From Tubulanus polymorphus (lineage: Eukaryota > Animalia > Nemertea), in contig NW_027437457.1 in assembly GCF_964204645.1 (NCBI RefSeq), forward strand, positions 1-64,000: DNA of 64,000 nucleotides, in the 5' to 3' direction. A program made the translations under genes and the position numbers. This document shows, in pieces, positions 1-12,000 of the stretch; position 1 is the first letter of the stretch; each line of letters opens with the position of its first letter. The notes beneath the pieces are model-generated. The model had not been told where the DNA came from. It made no database searches and saw nothing but the letters and a program-made list of their open reading frames with translations.

Positions 1-179
1 TAGAATAGAGGAAATAAATTCGTTGAATTGAATTGATAAATGAATCCCAGTCTCGTGAAATTAAAATCAGGATAGCGGTGCCGGTGCCTCCCCAAGGTCC
101 GTTCTCAAACTCATGACTCTAAAGAAATCATTTAAATTCATTGATTGTTTCATTAACGCGTGAAAATAGTTTCTTTTAC

Positions 180-217
180 CTCAAAAGAGAAGCGAGCTCT
201 TTTAACGAGAGCGCCAT
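180..217 (-). CDS. Possible first coding exon of an unidentified gene running off the left edge (MALSLKELASLL...)
   Basis: CAAGATGGCG start context at 217 followed by AG|GTAAAA donor at 180/179, divergent from TADA3. Downstream frame not resolved. Confidence 0.35.
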
Positions 218-829
218 CTTGAAATTGAGGTACAATAAATTTTTATTGTATTGAATTGGTACGAAACCTGGACGGAGCACTCCGGATGTCGTACCTCCGT
301 TTGTGAAGCTATCGTTTTGTGGCGCCCTCTTGTAGAGACACCATCTTGAATCAATTCAACAAAAACTTTATTTTACAAAATGATGGAAAAATAAAGAAAA
401 CGTTTTTTTTCATAGCCAACCATTGATTGAGATCAAAAACAAATATTAGAACCGAATATAAAAAATCAAATAACTAATCACTAATTTGACGACTGGCGCC
501 GTCTATTGTTAGTTGTAAATGGTAAGTTGAAAGTCGTTTGTCTAATGACGGCTGATTCAATAATGCATCCACGATTAACAATAGCAGAGAACACTAATTA
601 GTGATAATTACAGATTAGAAAAGTGACTGTCAGCGTTAACTCTGAGGTTAAAGAGGCAATCATTATTTTATAAAGTAAGCGATTTATTAATTTTTTCGCA
701 TCGAAAATCACTTCACAAGAAACTTTGATAAAAACAGAAAAACTGGATTCAGAAGAAATCTCTAATTCCCTTCAAAAATGTAATTTTTGTTATGTGGTTC
801 GTCAGTTTCAGTTGAAGTCACTGCTAACA

Positions 830-3655
830 ATGAAGGGTAAAGGCAAATCAGTGAAAGAAGAAAAGGAGTATTGTCCGTTACAGTTCCCATCGCTGGAGTC
901 AGTCGATATAGAAACTGAGTGTCCAAGATTATCACAAAGTATGAGTCAATTACTCCATCCATTCCCATCACTACTCGCTGTCTGTAGCAGGTTCAAAACT
1001 CCAAGGTTCTATAGTTTAATACTTAGATTTTGATCAGCCTAAGACCGTGCTGTGGAACTGGGTTGATCACATTTAGAATGAGAAAAAATTGTTTAATTTT
1101 GCTGAAAAATGCTCTTCACTGTCGGTACACTGCGAGGTCAGGTCTTGGAGTGGATGTAAACCCTTCTGGCTCCATCTTTTTTTGCCTGGAGTCTCAACAT
1201 AGTGGTTTCTCTAGGGATCATTCATTTATTACGTACGCATAAAATCTGAATTTTTCAAACCCCCTCCCACTGTACACAAAATCGGCCATTTTTACATATA
1301 CCTTAAACATTTACACAATTGCACTGACCCCCTTCCCCTAATGCGTACGTAATAAATGAATGACCCCCTAACACTATTCCATGTGATAGTTTGATCTGAG
1401 TTGTTTAATCTATGAATGAGTTCAAAGATGTTTGTATTTATGGTTTGTTGTATTTGATCAGTTTTACAGCGCGGTGAAATAGATTCAGTAAACTATGAAG
1501 AACTGGATTCATTACAAACAGATCTGGAAACTCTTCTGGCCTCGTTAGCAAAACGCATCAGAGGACTGGAAACTGAAGTGGAAGTTTTAACTAACTGGTC
1601 CGATGTAAAAAAAGAAAAGCGACCCATCGGAAAAGTGGTGCGTATTACTCCTCACATATTACATGTATTACTCCTCACATATTACATGTATTACTCCTCA
1701 CATATTACATGTATTACTCCTCACATATTACATGTATTACTCCTACAGTGTCAGTGTGTATTACTTGTTTATTTTGAAAGGACTGTACACCACCTGCCAC
1801 CCCTAAACGTGGTAAAAGTGTCGAAGGAAAAACTGGGAAAAAGATGAGAGAAGGATTCAAAGGGACGACCCCAACATCAACTTCAAGGGGCAAAGGAAAA
1901 AATGCTAGCGTAAGTTTCAAGTGCATCTGTGCAGTCTGCTGCTGCTGCTGCTGTAGCAGTAGCTGCTGCTGCTGCTGCTGCTGTATCTAGCTGCTGCTGT
2001 AGCAGTAGCTGCTGCTGCAGTCTGTATCAGTAGCTGCTGCTGCTGCAGCTGTAGTTGTATCAGTGATTGAAGTGATTTGTTTTTGTGTTTAGATACAATC
2101 AGTTAAACTGATGGAGGTTGATCCTATCCCTCAAATACAGCCACCGACCGGCCAAACAGAACAACCTCTTATAGACCCGGTTCAAATAGCTAAAAATGAA
2201 ATCCCTAATCGGTACGTATCGCTACAGTCTCATCGTTATATTCTAATCATCGCCGTAGTAACGATATAACCGTTTGTATTGTTGTTGTTAGATTCTGGCA
2301 GATGGTCGATCCGTATTGTCAGGATATCACTAACGACGACATCAAATTCCTCGAGGAAATCATTAAAAACCACGACGATAACAGCAGCGAATATTATAAA
2401 ATACCGTTACTAGGCAAACATTACGCTCAGAAATGGGCGCAGGAGGATTTATTAGAGGAGCAGAGCGAAGGAGCACGGATCTCGAGGAGCGGCGGCAATA
2501 AACCAACCAGTAATTCATTTATAAAACGCATCGAAACAGGGTCAGTTTAATATATCCGTATAGATGGCGACACTGGGTCAGATTCATTAGTTTAAATATA
2601 TCCACACAGATGGCACCACCATTATGGTTTATTAGTTTAAATACCACCATGTAGATGGCGACACCGGGTAGGATTCATTGAAATGGATAACCCCCGGGGG
2701 TTATTTTGACCTCTCCTCCACCCCCCGTTTGTTGTATGGTATTGATGATTTTGTATTACAGTGAATCAATAGAAGAATCCTCTCCGTTTGGACCGTTAAC
2801 TCAGAGACTCGTATCGGCGTTAATCGAGGAGAATATAATGACTCCCGTCGATGATAACTCAATGACTGCAGACGGTACGAGTGGTGGCGCCACCTGTGGA
2901 GTCGGTCACGATCCGACCGAGTTTAACGCTAGTATGTCTCCGCGTACGCTCGCTAGGCAACTTAATCTCGGCAACACTTACAACTTAGAACGACGAATAA
3001 AACGTGAATTAGAGGAAGCAGGTACGTTTAAACACCTATAGATGGCGCTAGTGTTTCGTGCTATAATGCTGGCGCGCGCTAGCGGTGTTTCATGTCAATG
3101 CTTATAGATGGCGCTGGTAGTAATGATTGATTGATTTCAGGAGTTCTCGATTGCGATGAATCGAAATCGACTGATGATCAGTGTAACCCTGACGACGAGG
3201 TATTGTTGGAATTAAAACGTAAAATGACGGAGTTGAAATCGATAGGTCAACACAACGTACTGATGACTCAGAGAATGATTCAATTAGCAAAAATACAAAT
3301 CAGTCGTCAAGATCTGAAGAAAAAACTGTCGATCGCTGATGCTGAGGTAATCAGTTTCCTTCAATCCCACTAGGTGGCGTGATTTACAGTTAGGTCATAC
3401 GTTAGTTACTGATAGTTTAATGCTGTCAGAATGCGCAGTGGGCTTTGCTCAATTCGGAACCCGACAGTTGTCACTCTGAACACTAATAAAATGATGGTTT
3501 TGATTTATATTTGTTTTCTGCAGGTTTTAGAAAGTTACAGAAAAATCCAGATCGCGAAACAGAAAAAGAAAACTCCGACAAAAAAAGAGAAAGATTCGAT
3601 AATGAGAGCTTTAAAAGAGAGAACTTCAATTATAAAACAATTAGATTCAATGTGA
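830..3655 (+). CDS. TADA3: Transcriptional adapter 3 (SAGA/ATAC subunit), multi-exon
   Basis: Exons encode EELDSLQTDLETLLA, NEIPNRFWQMVDPYC, IPLLGKHYAQKWAQEDL, FGPLTQRLVSALIEEN, DDEVLLELKRK, all typical of Ada3. GT-AG introns; stop at 3653-3655. Confidence 0.93.
1214..1367. mobile_element. PIF/Harbinger-like MITE in TADA3 intron 1
   Basis: About 27-nt TIRs (GGGATCATTCATTTATTACGTACGCAT / ATGCGTACGTAATAAATGAATGACCCC) flanked by a 3-nt CTA duplication. Confidence 0.8.
1642..1745. repeat. Intronic minisatellite (GTATTACTCCTCACATATTACAT)n
   Basis: Between 4 and 5 tandem copies starting at the donor site. Confidence 0.9.
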
Positions 3656-3723
3656 ACTTCTTTATTTGTGAATTGTAAATAAAACTGAATGTTGTTGTAC
3701 GCACTACGATTAGATTCTCTTTT

Positions 3724-3886
3724 CTGGAGCAATCCGCTTGTATCTGCTGCTGGAGCAATCCGACGCTTAAATCTGCTGCTGGAGCAATCCGCCACTTAAA
3801 TCTGCTGCTGGAGCAATCTGTTTAAATCTGCTGCTGGAGCAATCTGTTTAAATCTGCTGCCGCTTGTATCTGCTGCTGGAGCAATC
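3724..3886. repeat. Minisatellite (ATCTGCTGCTGGAGCAATC core) downstream of TADA3
   Basis: About 6 imperfect tandem copies. Confidence 0.85.
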
Positions 3887-4393
3887 CCCTGTACATCCAT
3901 CAATACTAGTTTCAAATCGAGAAAACCCGTTCTGTTTTTGAAGACATTTTACTCTACATTTCCGATAGATGGCGCATGTGAAATAAGGCGCCTACAAACT
4001 CTATGGCTATTTGCAATTCCGAAAATTTGGTAGTTGAGCAAAATTCTAATAGATGGCGAACTGATCGTAAAATAGATCCACTGTCGCGCTGCATGTAATC
4101 TCGATAAACTTTCAGCGATATGAAAAATCTGCGATATAAATACCGGTAGACTCGTTATGTAACACTGGGATTCTGACATAGAGAACCAGATCGTGTAAAA
4201 TTGAACATAAAAGAATTCGATTAGTTAGGAATTAAGTGTTTTTTCTCTGAACAGCTAAAAGTCTGGATGAACTCCCGCTTCTAGAACCTAAACGGATCCC
4301 TAGACGCTTGGGGAAGAGGGCCGTTTTATTAAGATTCTTTGTGTCTAATTAAAGTGGGTCGTGGGTTAGTTAATAGTCATTACACCTAGCTGT

Positions 4394-4560
4394 GTGACTG
4401 ATGACAAGTCACCCACACTGACCAGACAAACTTACAAACCCAGTCACTAACTACTGGTCTATGGTTTAGTGGTTAGCATGCTCGACTTGCAAACTGTAGA
4501 CCGCAGGTTCGAGTCTTCTGCTAGGGTTAGGGTTACAGCCGAACTAGGGTTAGGGTTAGC
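4394..4560 (+). mobile_element. tRNA-derived element with CTAGGGTTAGGGTTA tail (copy 1)
   Basis: A-box-like TGGTTTAGTGG and B-box-like GGTTCGAGTC at tRNA spacing, then two CTAGGGTTAGGGTTA blocks. Similar to 17045-17230. Confidence 0.6.
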
Positions 4561-5361
4561 ATGATAAATGATGAATTTTGACCAACATGGTTGTGGTCTG
4601 AATTGTTTTTTTAATTGAATTTTATGCACGTGACCCATTGAACTAAATATCACTGGAAAGCTCACTTAATTAAGCACTAGCTCGTGTTAAAATGTTTCAA
4701 CACTGTGAAGGAACAAACCGTGCTGCATCTTTTGAATTGGATTCCATTTTTCTGCTGTCAAAAATATAAAAAAAGATAAAACGAATACATTTTTTCTTAT
4801 TGCTATCATTTATTGTCTATAATAAAGTGTAAAATCAGTTCAAAAATGTTCTGTATCAAAGTATGACATAAAATACCCAGCTAGCACATATCAATAAACT
4901 AGTGTTAAAATAGATGGAAAACCAACAGCTCCTTGGAGCCCCTAAAATACTGAAAGTCCAGGTAAAAAGATACCCTTTCAAAAAACCTTCTTACAACATC
5001 GATTATTACAATTAAATAAAAAACAAATCAGTGAAATGCATTCATTATCCGACTATGTCTAATAATATCATAATTCATATACAATCAATCTTCATATTTC
5101 AGATTATTTCAAATTAATCTCTATCATTATTCATCAAAATACGATTGGTCAAAACGAAGTAGTGAGATCCACAATAGTTGACTGAGTGAATGAAAAATTA
5201 TTTGAGATCAAAAGTAAACAACAAGCTCTAGATTAGACTAGTTAACGTAACACAACAAGAGTCCTATTGGACTGGTTACCTGCTCATACTTCCCATAGTA
5301 AATGTTTGCACAAATAAAGACTATAATTAAATGTAGGTGTTTTAGTCGAGAGATAAAGAGA

Positions 5362-8300
5362 TTAATTTGATTTCTTGTTGTTTTTCATCAGTTCAGTGCC
5401 GTTCGTTGTTGCCGTAGTAACGCCATTCTTTACTGTTCCGTTTGTTGCATTTTGATTTTTCTGCAAGTATAAATAAAGAGCTATTTTTATCTCTCTAAAC
5501 AGAGTTAAAGTTTGTTGCCCTGCAAATCTTGGGAGTTCTTTAAAGGAATCTATTGTGTTGTTGCCCCAAAGTTAAAGACTCTCCTAAACTATGTTTGAAA
5601 TGAAACTACAGGTGGAACCTCATTACAACGAACTCAGATACAACGAATCATTAGATTTAACAAAGAATTTGGTCCCGATTACGGTAACACAATTTGAGTA
5701 ATTTCATATTGCATTTAACAGATTTTCTGGTCTGGTGAAGTTCGCTGTAACGAGGTTCCACCGTAACGAGGTTCCACCGTAACGAGGTTCCACTGTAACT
5801 CTTAATGTTAGCTATTAGTCGAAAAAATAGTGCATGTATTAATGTGCAGAGATACAGTGGCGGTAAGGTAATTGTGCACTATTTTAACTCAGTTAAAATG
5901 TTTTATAGAATCAAAATGGCTAATCCTATATCTAGGGATAGGGTAATTATCAGGAATGTGGTCATTGCACTAGGGGTGGGCTTATCTCTCTAGGGGTGGA
6001 GTCATCTGTCAGTCCGCACTAGGGGCGGGCTTATCTCTCTAGGGGTGGAGTCATCTGTCAGTCCGCACTAGGGGCGGGCTTATCTCTCTAGGGGTGGAGT
6101 CATCTGTCAGTCCGCACTAGGGGCGGGCTTATCTCGCTAGGGGTGGAGTCATCTGTCAGTTGAGAAAACTCATAAAATACGTAAAACTAAATCCACAGAC
6201 ATGCAACTGATAGGGGCATTAATAGGGGGCGCTGCTGTGGTGCATACCTTCTGTTGTTTCGGATGTTTATAAGCTCGAATGTAAAAGTTGATGAATAAAC
6301 AGAAAATGGAGAATCCGTAAAGAATTAACGCCCACTGCATCCACAGTGGAAACTCACATCGGTTGATTAGTGAGATACAGGAGTGCGACATACCAGCTAT
6401 AAACTGGGTCTAGTTAGAAAAATATAAAAAACAAAAAAACACAATTAACAACAACACGAACGAGAGGATGAAGGGTACCTGAACGTGATAGGCTTGTTTA
6501 TAGAAGTTACAGAACAACGCGATTATTGTAACACCGTACAATAGAGCTATCCACTGCATCCACCGTGGATAATCACAATCTATATATAAACTATAACTCG
6601 CGTAAAACATCCCCATCATAAACTGCAGCTACAATTAAATATATCTGATTAACATCGGAAATATTGATTCAGAGACGTTTTAATAAACGAGAAATATCAG
6701 CTTACGAGTTGTAGAATAGTGAGATATTTCTTCCACCAGAGATATTTTTGATATTGCGGACCGAGCGCCGATACTCCATAGTATGTATACATTATCACGT
6801 GTATAAATGAGTTGATCATCGCTCCAAAAAACGCTGTAAAATATACATCAAAAACATGTTTACTCTTACAGGAGTGTAGTTCTAGTGGGGGCAGGGGGGA
6901 ACCATCACCTTTAACTGGAGCCAACCCTCAACCCGGAGACATTCCTTTTAATAGCGGAGTATTCCTCAGACTGGAGGCACTCACTCGCTTAACCCAGATG
7001 CATCCTTTAATCCGGAACCACCCTTTGCCTGAGAAATTCCACCTCAACCCGGAGCCATCCGCTGTCTGTGTGACATGGAATATTGAACACACTTACACTG
7101 TCCTCCAGGAACCCATTTCACTTACACTGTCCTCCAGGAACCCATTTCACTCCGATCCACCAAATAGGAAACATCGTTGCATGATGATAAACATGTAGAA
7201 ATGATACTTGGTTAAATTTCTTCCTCAATATAAAAAATATTGTATCCAAAAACTCGATGAGTTTTGAGAAGTAATACCACCATAACGCCTTAGCCATCTA
7301 CAATATATAAATCACTCATTTATACAGAGATAATTCAGAGAGGTAGGATTTAGAGAGGTAGGATTCAGAGAGGTAGGATTCAGAGAGGTAGGATTCAGAG
7401 AGGTAGGATTTATAGAGGTAGGATTTAGAGAGGTAGGATTTAGAGAGGTAGGATTCAGAGAGGTAGGATTCAGAGAGGTAGGATTCAGAGAGGTAGGATT
7501 TAGAGAGGTGGGATTCAGAGAGGTAGGATTCAGAGAGGTAGGATTCAGAGAGGTAGGATTTATAGAGGTAGGATTTAGAGAGGTAGGATTCAGAGAGGTA
7601 GGATTCAGAGAGGTAGGATTCAGAGAGGTAGGATTTAGAGAGGTGGGATTCAGAGATGTGGGATTTAGAGAGGTGGGATTCAGAGAGGTAGGATTCAGAG
7701 AGGTAGGAGTCAGAGAGGTAGGATTTAGAGAGGTAGGAGTCAAAGAGGTAGGATTTAGAGAGGTAGGAGTCAGAGAGGTAGGAGTCAGTTAGGATTATAT
7801 CGTAGATCTCGCACAGTGAGATTGTACTTACATTAACAGATAAAGGATTGTCAGAGTAATCCACTGGTTGACACGTATAACTGTAATTCAGTTTCCAGGA
7901 AGTCGTTAAAACCTAGAAATTCATCGAGAAAAATCAATACATTGCGATCACTACTCTAGTAGTTCACCGGTCATCCACAAGAGGGAGCCAAACATACCTG
8001 GTAGAATATATGTAGATTAAGGACGACCAACGCGAGATTGTAGATGAATAACGTGATCCGTAGTTCAAACGGTTTCCGGTGTTTCATGAAGTTCATTCCT
8101 AGTCGAACTGTTACCAGGTAACCAATTGTTAACAGTATTGTTGGTAAATAACTGTCCATTAGAAACCAATCAGCAACTCGATTATCTATAAAATAACAAG
8201 AGGACCAACAGGTCCACACGGTTGATGACAGAGTTTAAAATTGACTAGTAGTGAGAGGTGGATGCCAGGCCCCTCTCTTCCCCACCCCCTCCCTTCCTCA

Positions 8301-8439
8301 CCCCCCTCCCCGCTGAGGAGGTAGGGCAGGGGGCGGAGGACGCATCGCCTGCTAGTACTCTCTATTTACCTGCTCGAGTCAAAGCCCAATCGTAAAACTC
8401 AATCAACTCATGGAGTTTATCTCTGACGATTTCAATCAT
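5362..8439 (-). CDS. Very-long-chain fatty acid elongase (ELOVL4/7 type), multi-exon
   Basis: [31 protein letters not shown] box, [22 protein letters not shown]-terminal KKSN ER-retrieval motif. Confidence 0.93.
5609..5795. mobile_element. Tc1/mariner-type MITE in ELOVL last intron
   Basis: TA|CAGGTGGAACCTC...GAGGTTCCACTG|TA termini. Right end locally triplicated. Confidence 0.7.
5966..6160. repeat. About 49-nt minisatellite, 4 copies
   Basis: GCACTAGGGGCGGGCTTATCTCTCTAGGGGTGGAGTCATCTGTCAGTCC repeated. Confidence 0.9.
7333..7788. repeat. 15-nt minisatellite (TCAGAGAGGTAGGAT)n, about 30 copies, intronic
   Basis: Direct inspection. Confidence 0.95.
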
Positions 8440-8599
8440 TTTCTAATTTTGGGTGGACCTGCAATCAATAAAACATGTGATTGAATTGAACCAGATATTT
8501 CGTGGTTTTCTGATCGTGCACGAGTTTGAATTAAAACATCGTTAATGAAAACAAAAAAAGATACTGATTTAGAACTTGATATCTGTAAAGATTACGTCA

Positions 8600-8820
8600 T
8601 ATTTACCGCGATACTGGATGATTTAAGGCTCCTGGGGCGCAGTGTCCTGGAGGGTCAAGGATCAACTCACTAACTTCCGGGTTCAATAAAGATTCGATTG
8701 AATTGAATTGGTTTTCTATTGCTGTGTTCTATTTCGTGTTTTTTGTTGATTTTCGACGGATTTAAAACATGAAATACGTGAAACTTTGGACGCAGAAATT
8801 TGAGAGATTTCACTGAAGTG
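8600..8820. promoter_or_regulatory. Probable bidirectional promoter ELOVL/VPS18
   Basis: Head-to-head ATGs 584 nt apart, both with apparent 5' UTR introns. ETS-like ACTTCCGG at 8673. Confidence 0.5.
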
Positions 8821-9022
8821 AGTTTTCAATCTTAAAACTGATGTTTAGAGGTTTAGGGCGGGGTATGACAGATAAGTCAAGTCAATTCACTTTGTTGATG
8901 TCATTTCTGTTTTTCAGATTGGCAGTTAGACAGTCGGACAGACTGTGACAGCTACAGACAGTCAGACAGACTGTGACAGCTACAGACAGACAGACAGACT
9001 GTGACAGCTACAAACAGTAAAA

Positions 9023-12000
9023 ATGGCGTCAATGATAGATCAATATGAACAGCAGATGAAGAGAACTCGATCTAATGCTACAACACAAGGCGATATATCG
9101 GTGAGTATTGGGGTGCTGGGGCACTGGGCGGAGAGCCCGGGGATAGTATGAGTATTGCGACCCGGGGGCGGAGAGCCCGGGGGTACCTGGACACGGAGCA
9201 GCTGGGTGTTTTCTAGACCAGTGTCAGTATCGAGGCGTGGGGGCGGAGAGCCCGGGGGTAGCTGGACACGGAGCAGCTGGGTGTTTTCTAGACCAGTGTC
9301 AGTATCGGGGCGTGGGGGCGGAGAGCCCGGGGGTAGCTGGACACGGAGCAGCTGGGTGTTTCCTAGACCAGTGTGAGTATTGGGGCGCGGGGGCGGGTAT
9401 CCTACGACTAGGGTCAGGTTGTTCCGAAGTGTTCTACTGTGTCGGTCTCATAGCGGAGTGTTGTATATTTTCAGTCAGTGAACAGTAATCCATTCCTCAA
9501 TGATTCCTCCGATGACGAATTACCGATATTCAATAAAAATCGCATCAATTTCAGGTAACCGTAGAAACCATCGATTGTTAGTAATAGTATTCGGTAGTCG
9601 TGGTGATGATTGTTGGTGTTTATATATTTTAGACCGCCCGATCCGATCACTCATCTCGTGGCTAGTAATAATTTCCTCGTTATCGCTATGAGAACAAACG
9701 TATTGTTACGAATTGATTTGGATCACCCTGACAACCCGGATGGTAAGAGCCAGGAACTCGCACCAGCGATTATCTTATTGTCTCGATGTTTATTACGTAT
9801 TTTATTTATTTTAAACAGAAGTTGAAATTGTGAAAAATAATGAAGATAGTATTCATAAAATATTCCTCGATCCGACCGGACGTCATTTGATAATTAGTAT
9901 GACTTCTACCGACGCTTTCTACGTGAATCGAGCTTCGAAGAAACCGAAACATCTCTCGAAAATGAAGGTACCGTAAATAATGGCTTCATATTCAACTGTG
10001 GGTGATTTATTTACAGTAAATATTCATATATTTAAGGGGCATCTAATAGAATCAATCGGCTGGAATCGACAAAATACAAACGATAATTCAACTAGTGAAA
10101 TAATTATCGGAACAAATCAAGGTCAGTTCTAGATATTTCAGATCCTTTTTGATATTTGAGATACAGTGGTTGATATTTGAGATACCATGTTTGCTATATT
10201 TGAGATACAGTGGTTTTGATATTTGAGATACCATGTTTACTAAATTAAAGGGTTGATATTTGAGACTGAGATTCAATCTGGAGAGGATAGTCGATTCTTT
10301 CAAGGCAGTTTAGAACAATACTGGAGACAGGTACAGTATACATACCGGTACTCCCCTCCTCTCCCCTCCTCTCCTCTCCTCTCCCCTCCTCTTACTCTAT
10401 CATCTCTTTCTTTCCCCTCTCCCTCTCTGCTCTCCTATTCTTTCCCTCTCTCTCCTCCTCTCCCCTCCCTTCTCTCTCCCCTCTCCTCTCCCTTCTCTCC
10501 CTCTCTCCTCCCTCTCCCCTCTCTCTGCTCCCTTCTCTCTCTCCCCTCCCTTCTCTCGCCTCTCTCCTCTCTCTCCCCTCCCTTCTCTCTTCCCTCCTTT
10601 CTCTCTCCTCTCTCCTCCCTTCTCTCTCCCCTCTCCTCTCCCTCTCTCCTCCCTTCTCTCTCCCCTCTCCTCTCCCTCTCTCCTCCTTTCTCTCTCGCCT
10701 CTCTCCTCTCTCTCCCCTCCCTTCTCTCTCCCCTCTCCTCTCCCTCTCTCCTCCCTTCTCTCTCCCCTCTCCTCTCCCTCTCTCCTCCCTTCTCTCTCCC
10801 CTCTCCTCTCTCCTCTCTCCTCCCTTCTCTCTCCCCTCTCCTCTCCCTCTCTCCTCCCTTCTCTCTCCCCTCTCCTCTCCCTTCTCTCCCTCTCTCCTCC
10901 CTCTCCCCTCTCTCTGCTCCCTTCTCTCTCTCCCCTCCCTTCTCTCGCCTCTCTCCTCTCTCTCCCCTCCCTTCTCTCTCCCCTCTCCTCTCCCTCTCTC
11001 CTCCCTTCTCTCTCCCCTCTCCTCTCTCCTCTCTCCTCCCTTCTCTCTCCCCTCTCCTCTCCCTCTCTCCTCCCTTCTCTCTCCCCTCTCCTCTCCCTCT
11101 CTCCTCCCTTCTCTCTCCCCTCTCCTCTCTCCTCTCTCCTCCCTTCTCTCTCCCCTCTCCTCTCCCTCTCTCCTCCCTTCTCTCTCCCCTCTCCTCTCCC
11201 TCTCTCCTCCCTTCTCTCTCCCCTCTCCTCTCCCTCTCTCCTCCCTTCTCTCTCCCCTCTCCTCTCTCCTCTCTCCTCCCTTCTCTCTCCCCTCTCCTCT
11301 CCCTCTCTCCTCCCTTCTCTCTCCCCTCTCCTCTCCCTCTCTCCTCCCTTCTCTCTCCCCTCTCTCTGCTCTACTCTTTTTATAGCTGTTTGATACTGTT
11401 TCAGTTGTTTAATCTGTGTAAAGATAAACCCGATGACCCTGTCCCAGTAACTGGACTAGAATTCGATAGAATGGACTGGAAGGCGAGTAATGAATACAAA
11501 TATTTCATAATGGCTACAACTCCTGGGTACGTCAGTTTACACATCTATGTAAAACAAGTTAAGTGTAATCTACTGTAATCGTTACTATAGTTACATAGTT
11601 TATTTGCAGACGTATGTATCAGTTTATTGGCACGATTCCAAATTCTATTGAAGCGCCGATATTTCAGCGTATATTCGCACAGTATGAAGATTTACCGGGT
11701 AAAACTAATCACTTTATTCTATATATTGAAGCCCCAGAGACCGGTGTGTTATTATAGATATCTATATTATAGGTCGGTTTGTAGAATTACCGGGTGGTAA
11801 TTGCGCGAGTCAACTACAATTATTCCATCCAAAATTCAGAGCTGCCCCGAAATCATTTGCTTGGATTACCGGTCCCGGGATTTACTACGGTTCTATAGAT
11901 TTAACAGGTGGCGCCGGTGAGGAAACGGTTACCGCTGAAACTAAACTTATTCCGTATCCTTTTATTCAACGATACATAATGCACCATTAACATGTTTTTC

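Noticed and set aside
4455-4525. Functional tRNA gene (also 17107-17175)
   Set aside because: A and B boxes are present but acceptor and anticodon stems do not pair well; treated as a tRNA-derived repeat.
7312-7864. Repetitive ORFs (also at 12655, 28552, 30271, 37332, 58750 and 61318)
   Set aside because: Stop-free minisatellites open in several frames or strands; no coding evidence.
10253-11578. 441-aa Leu/Ser/Pro ORF
   Set aside because: Read-through of a C/T intron tract between two VPS18 exons.
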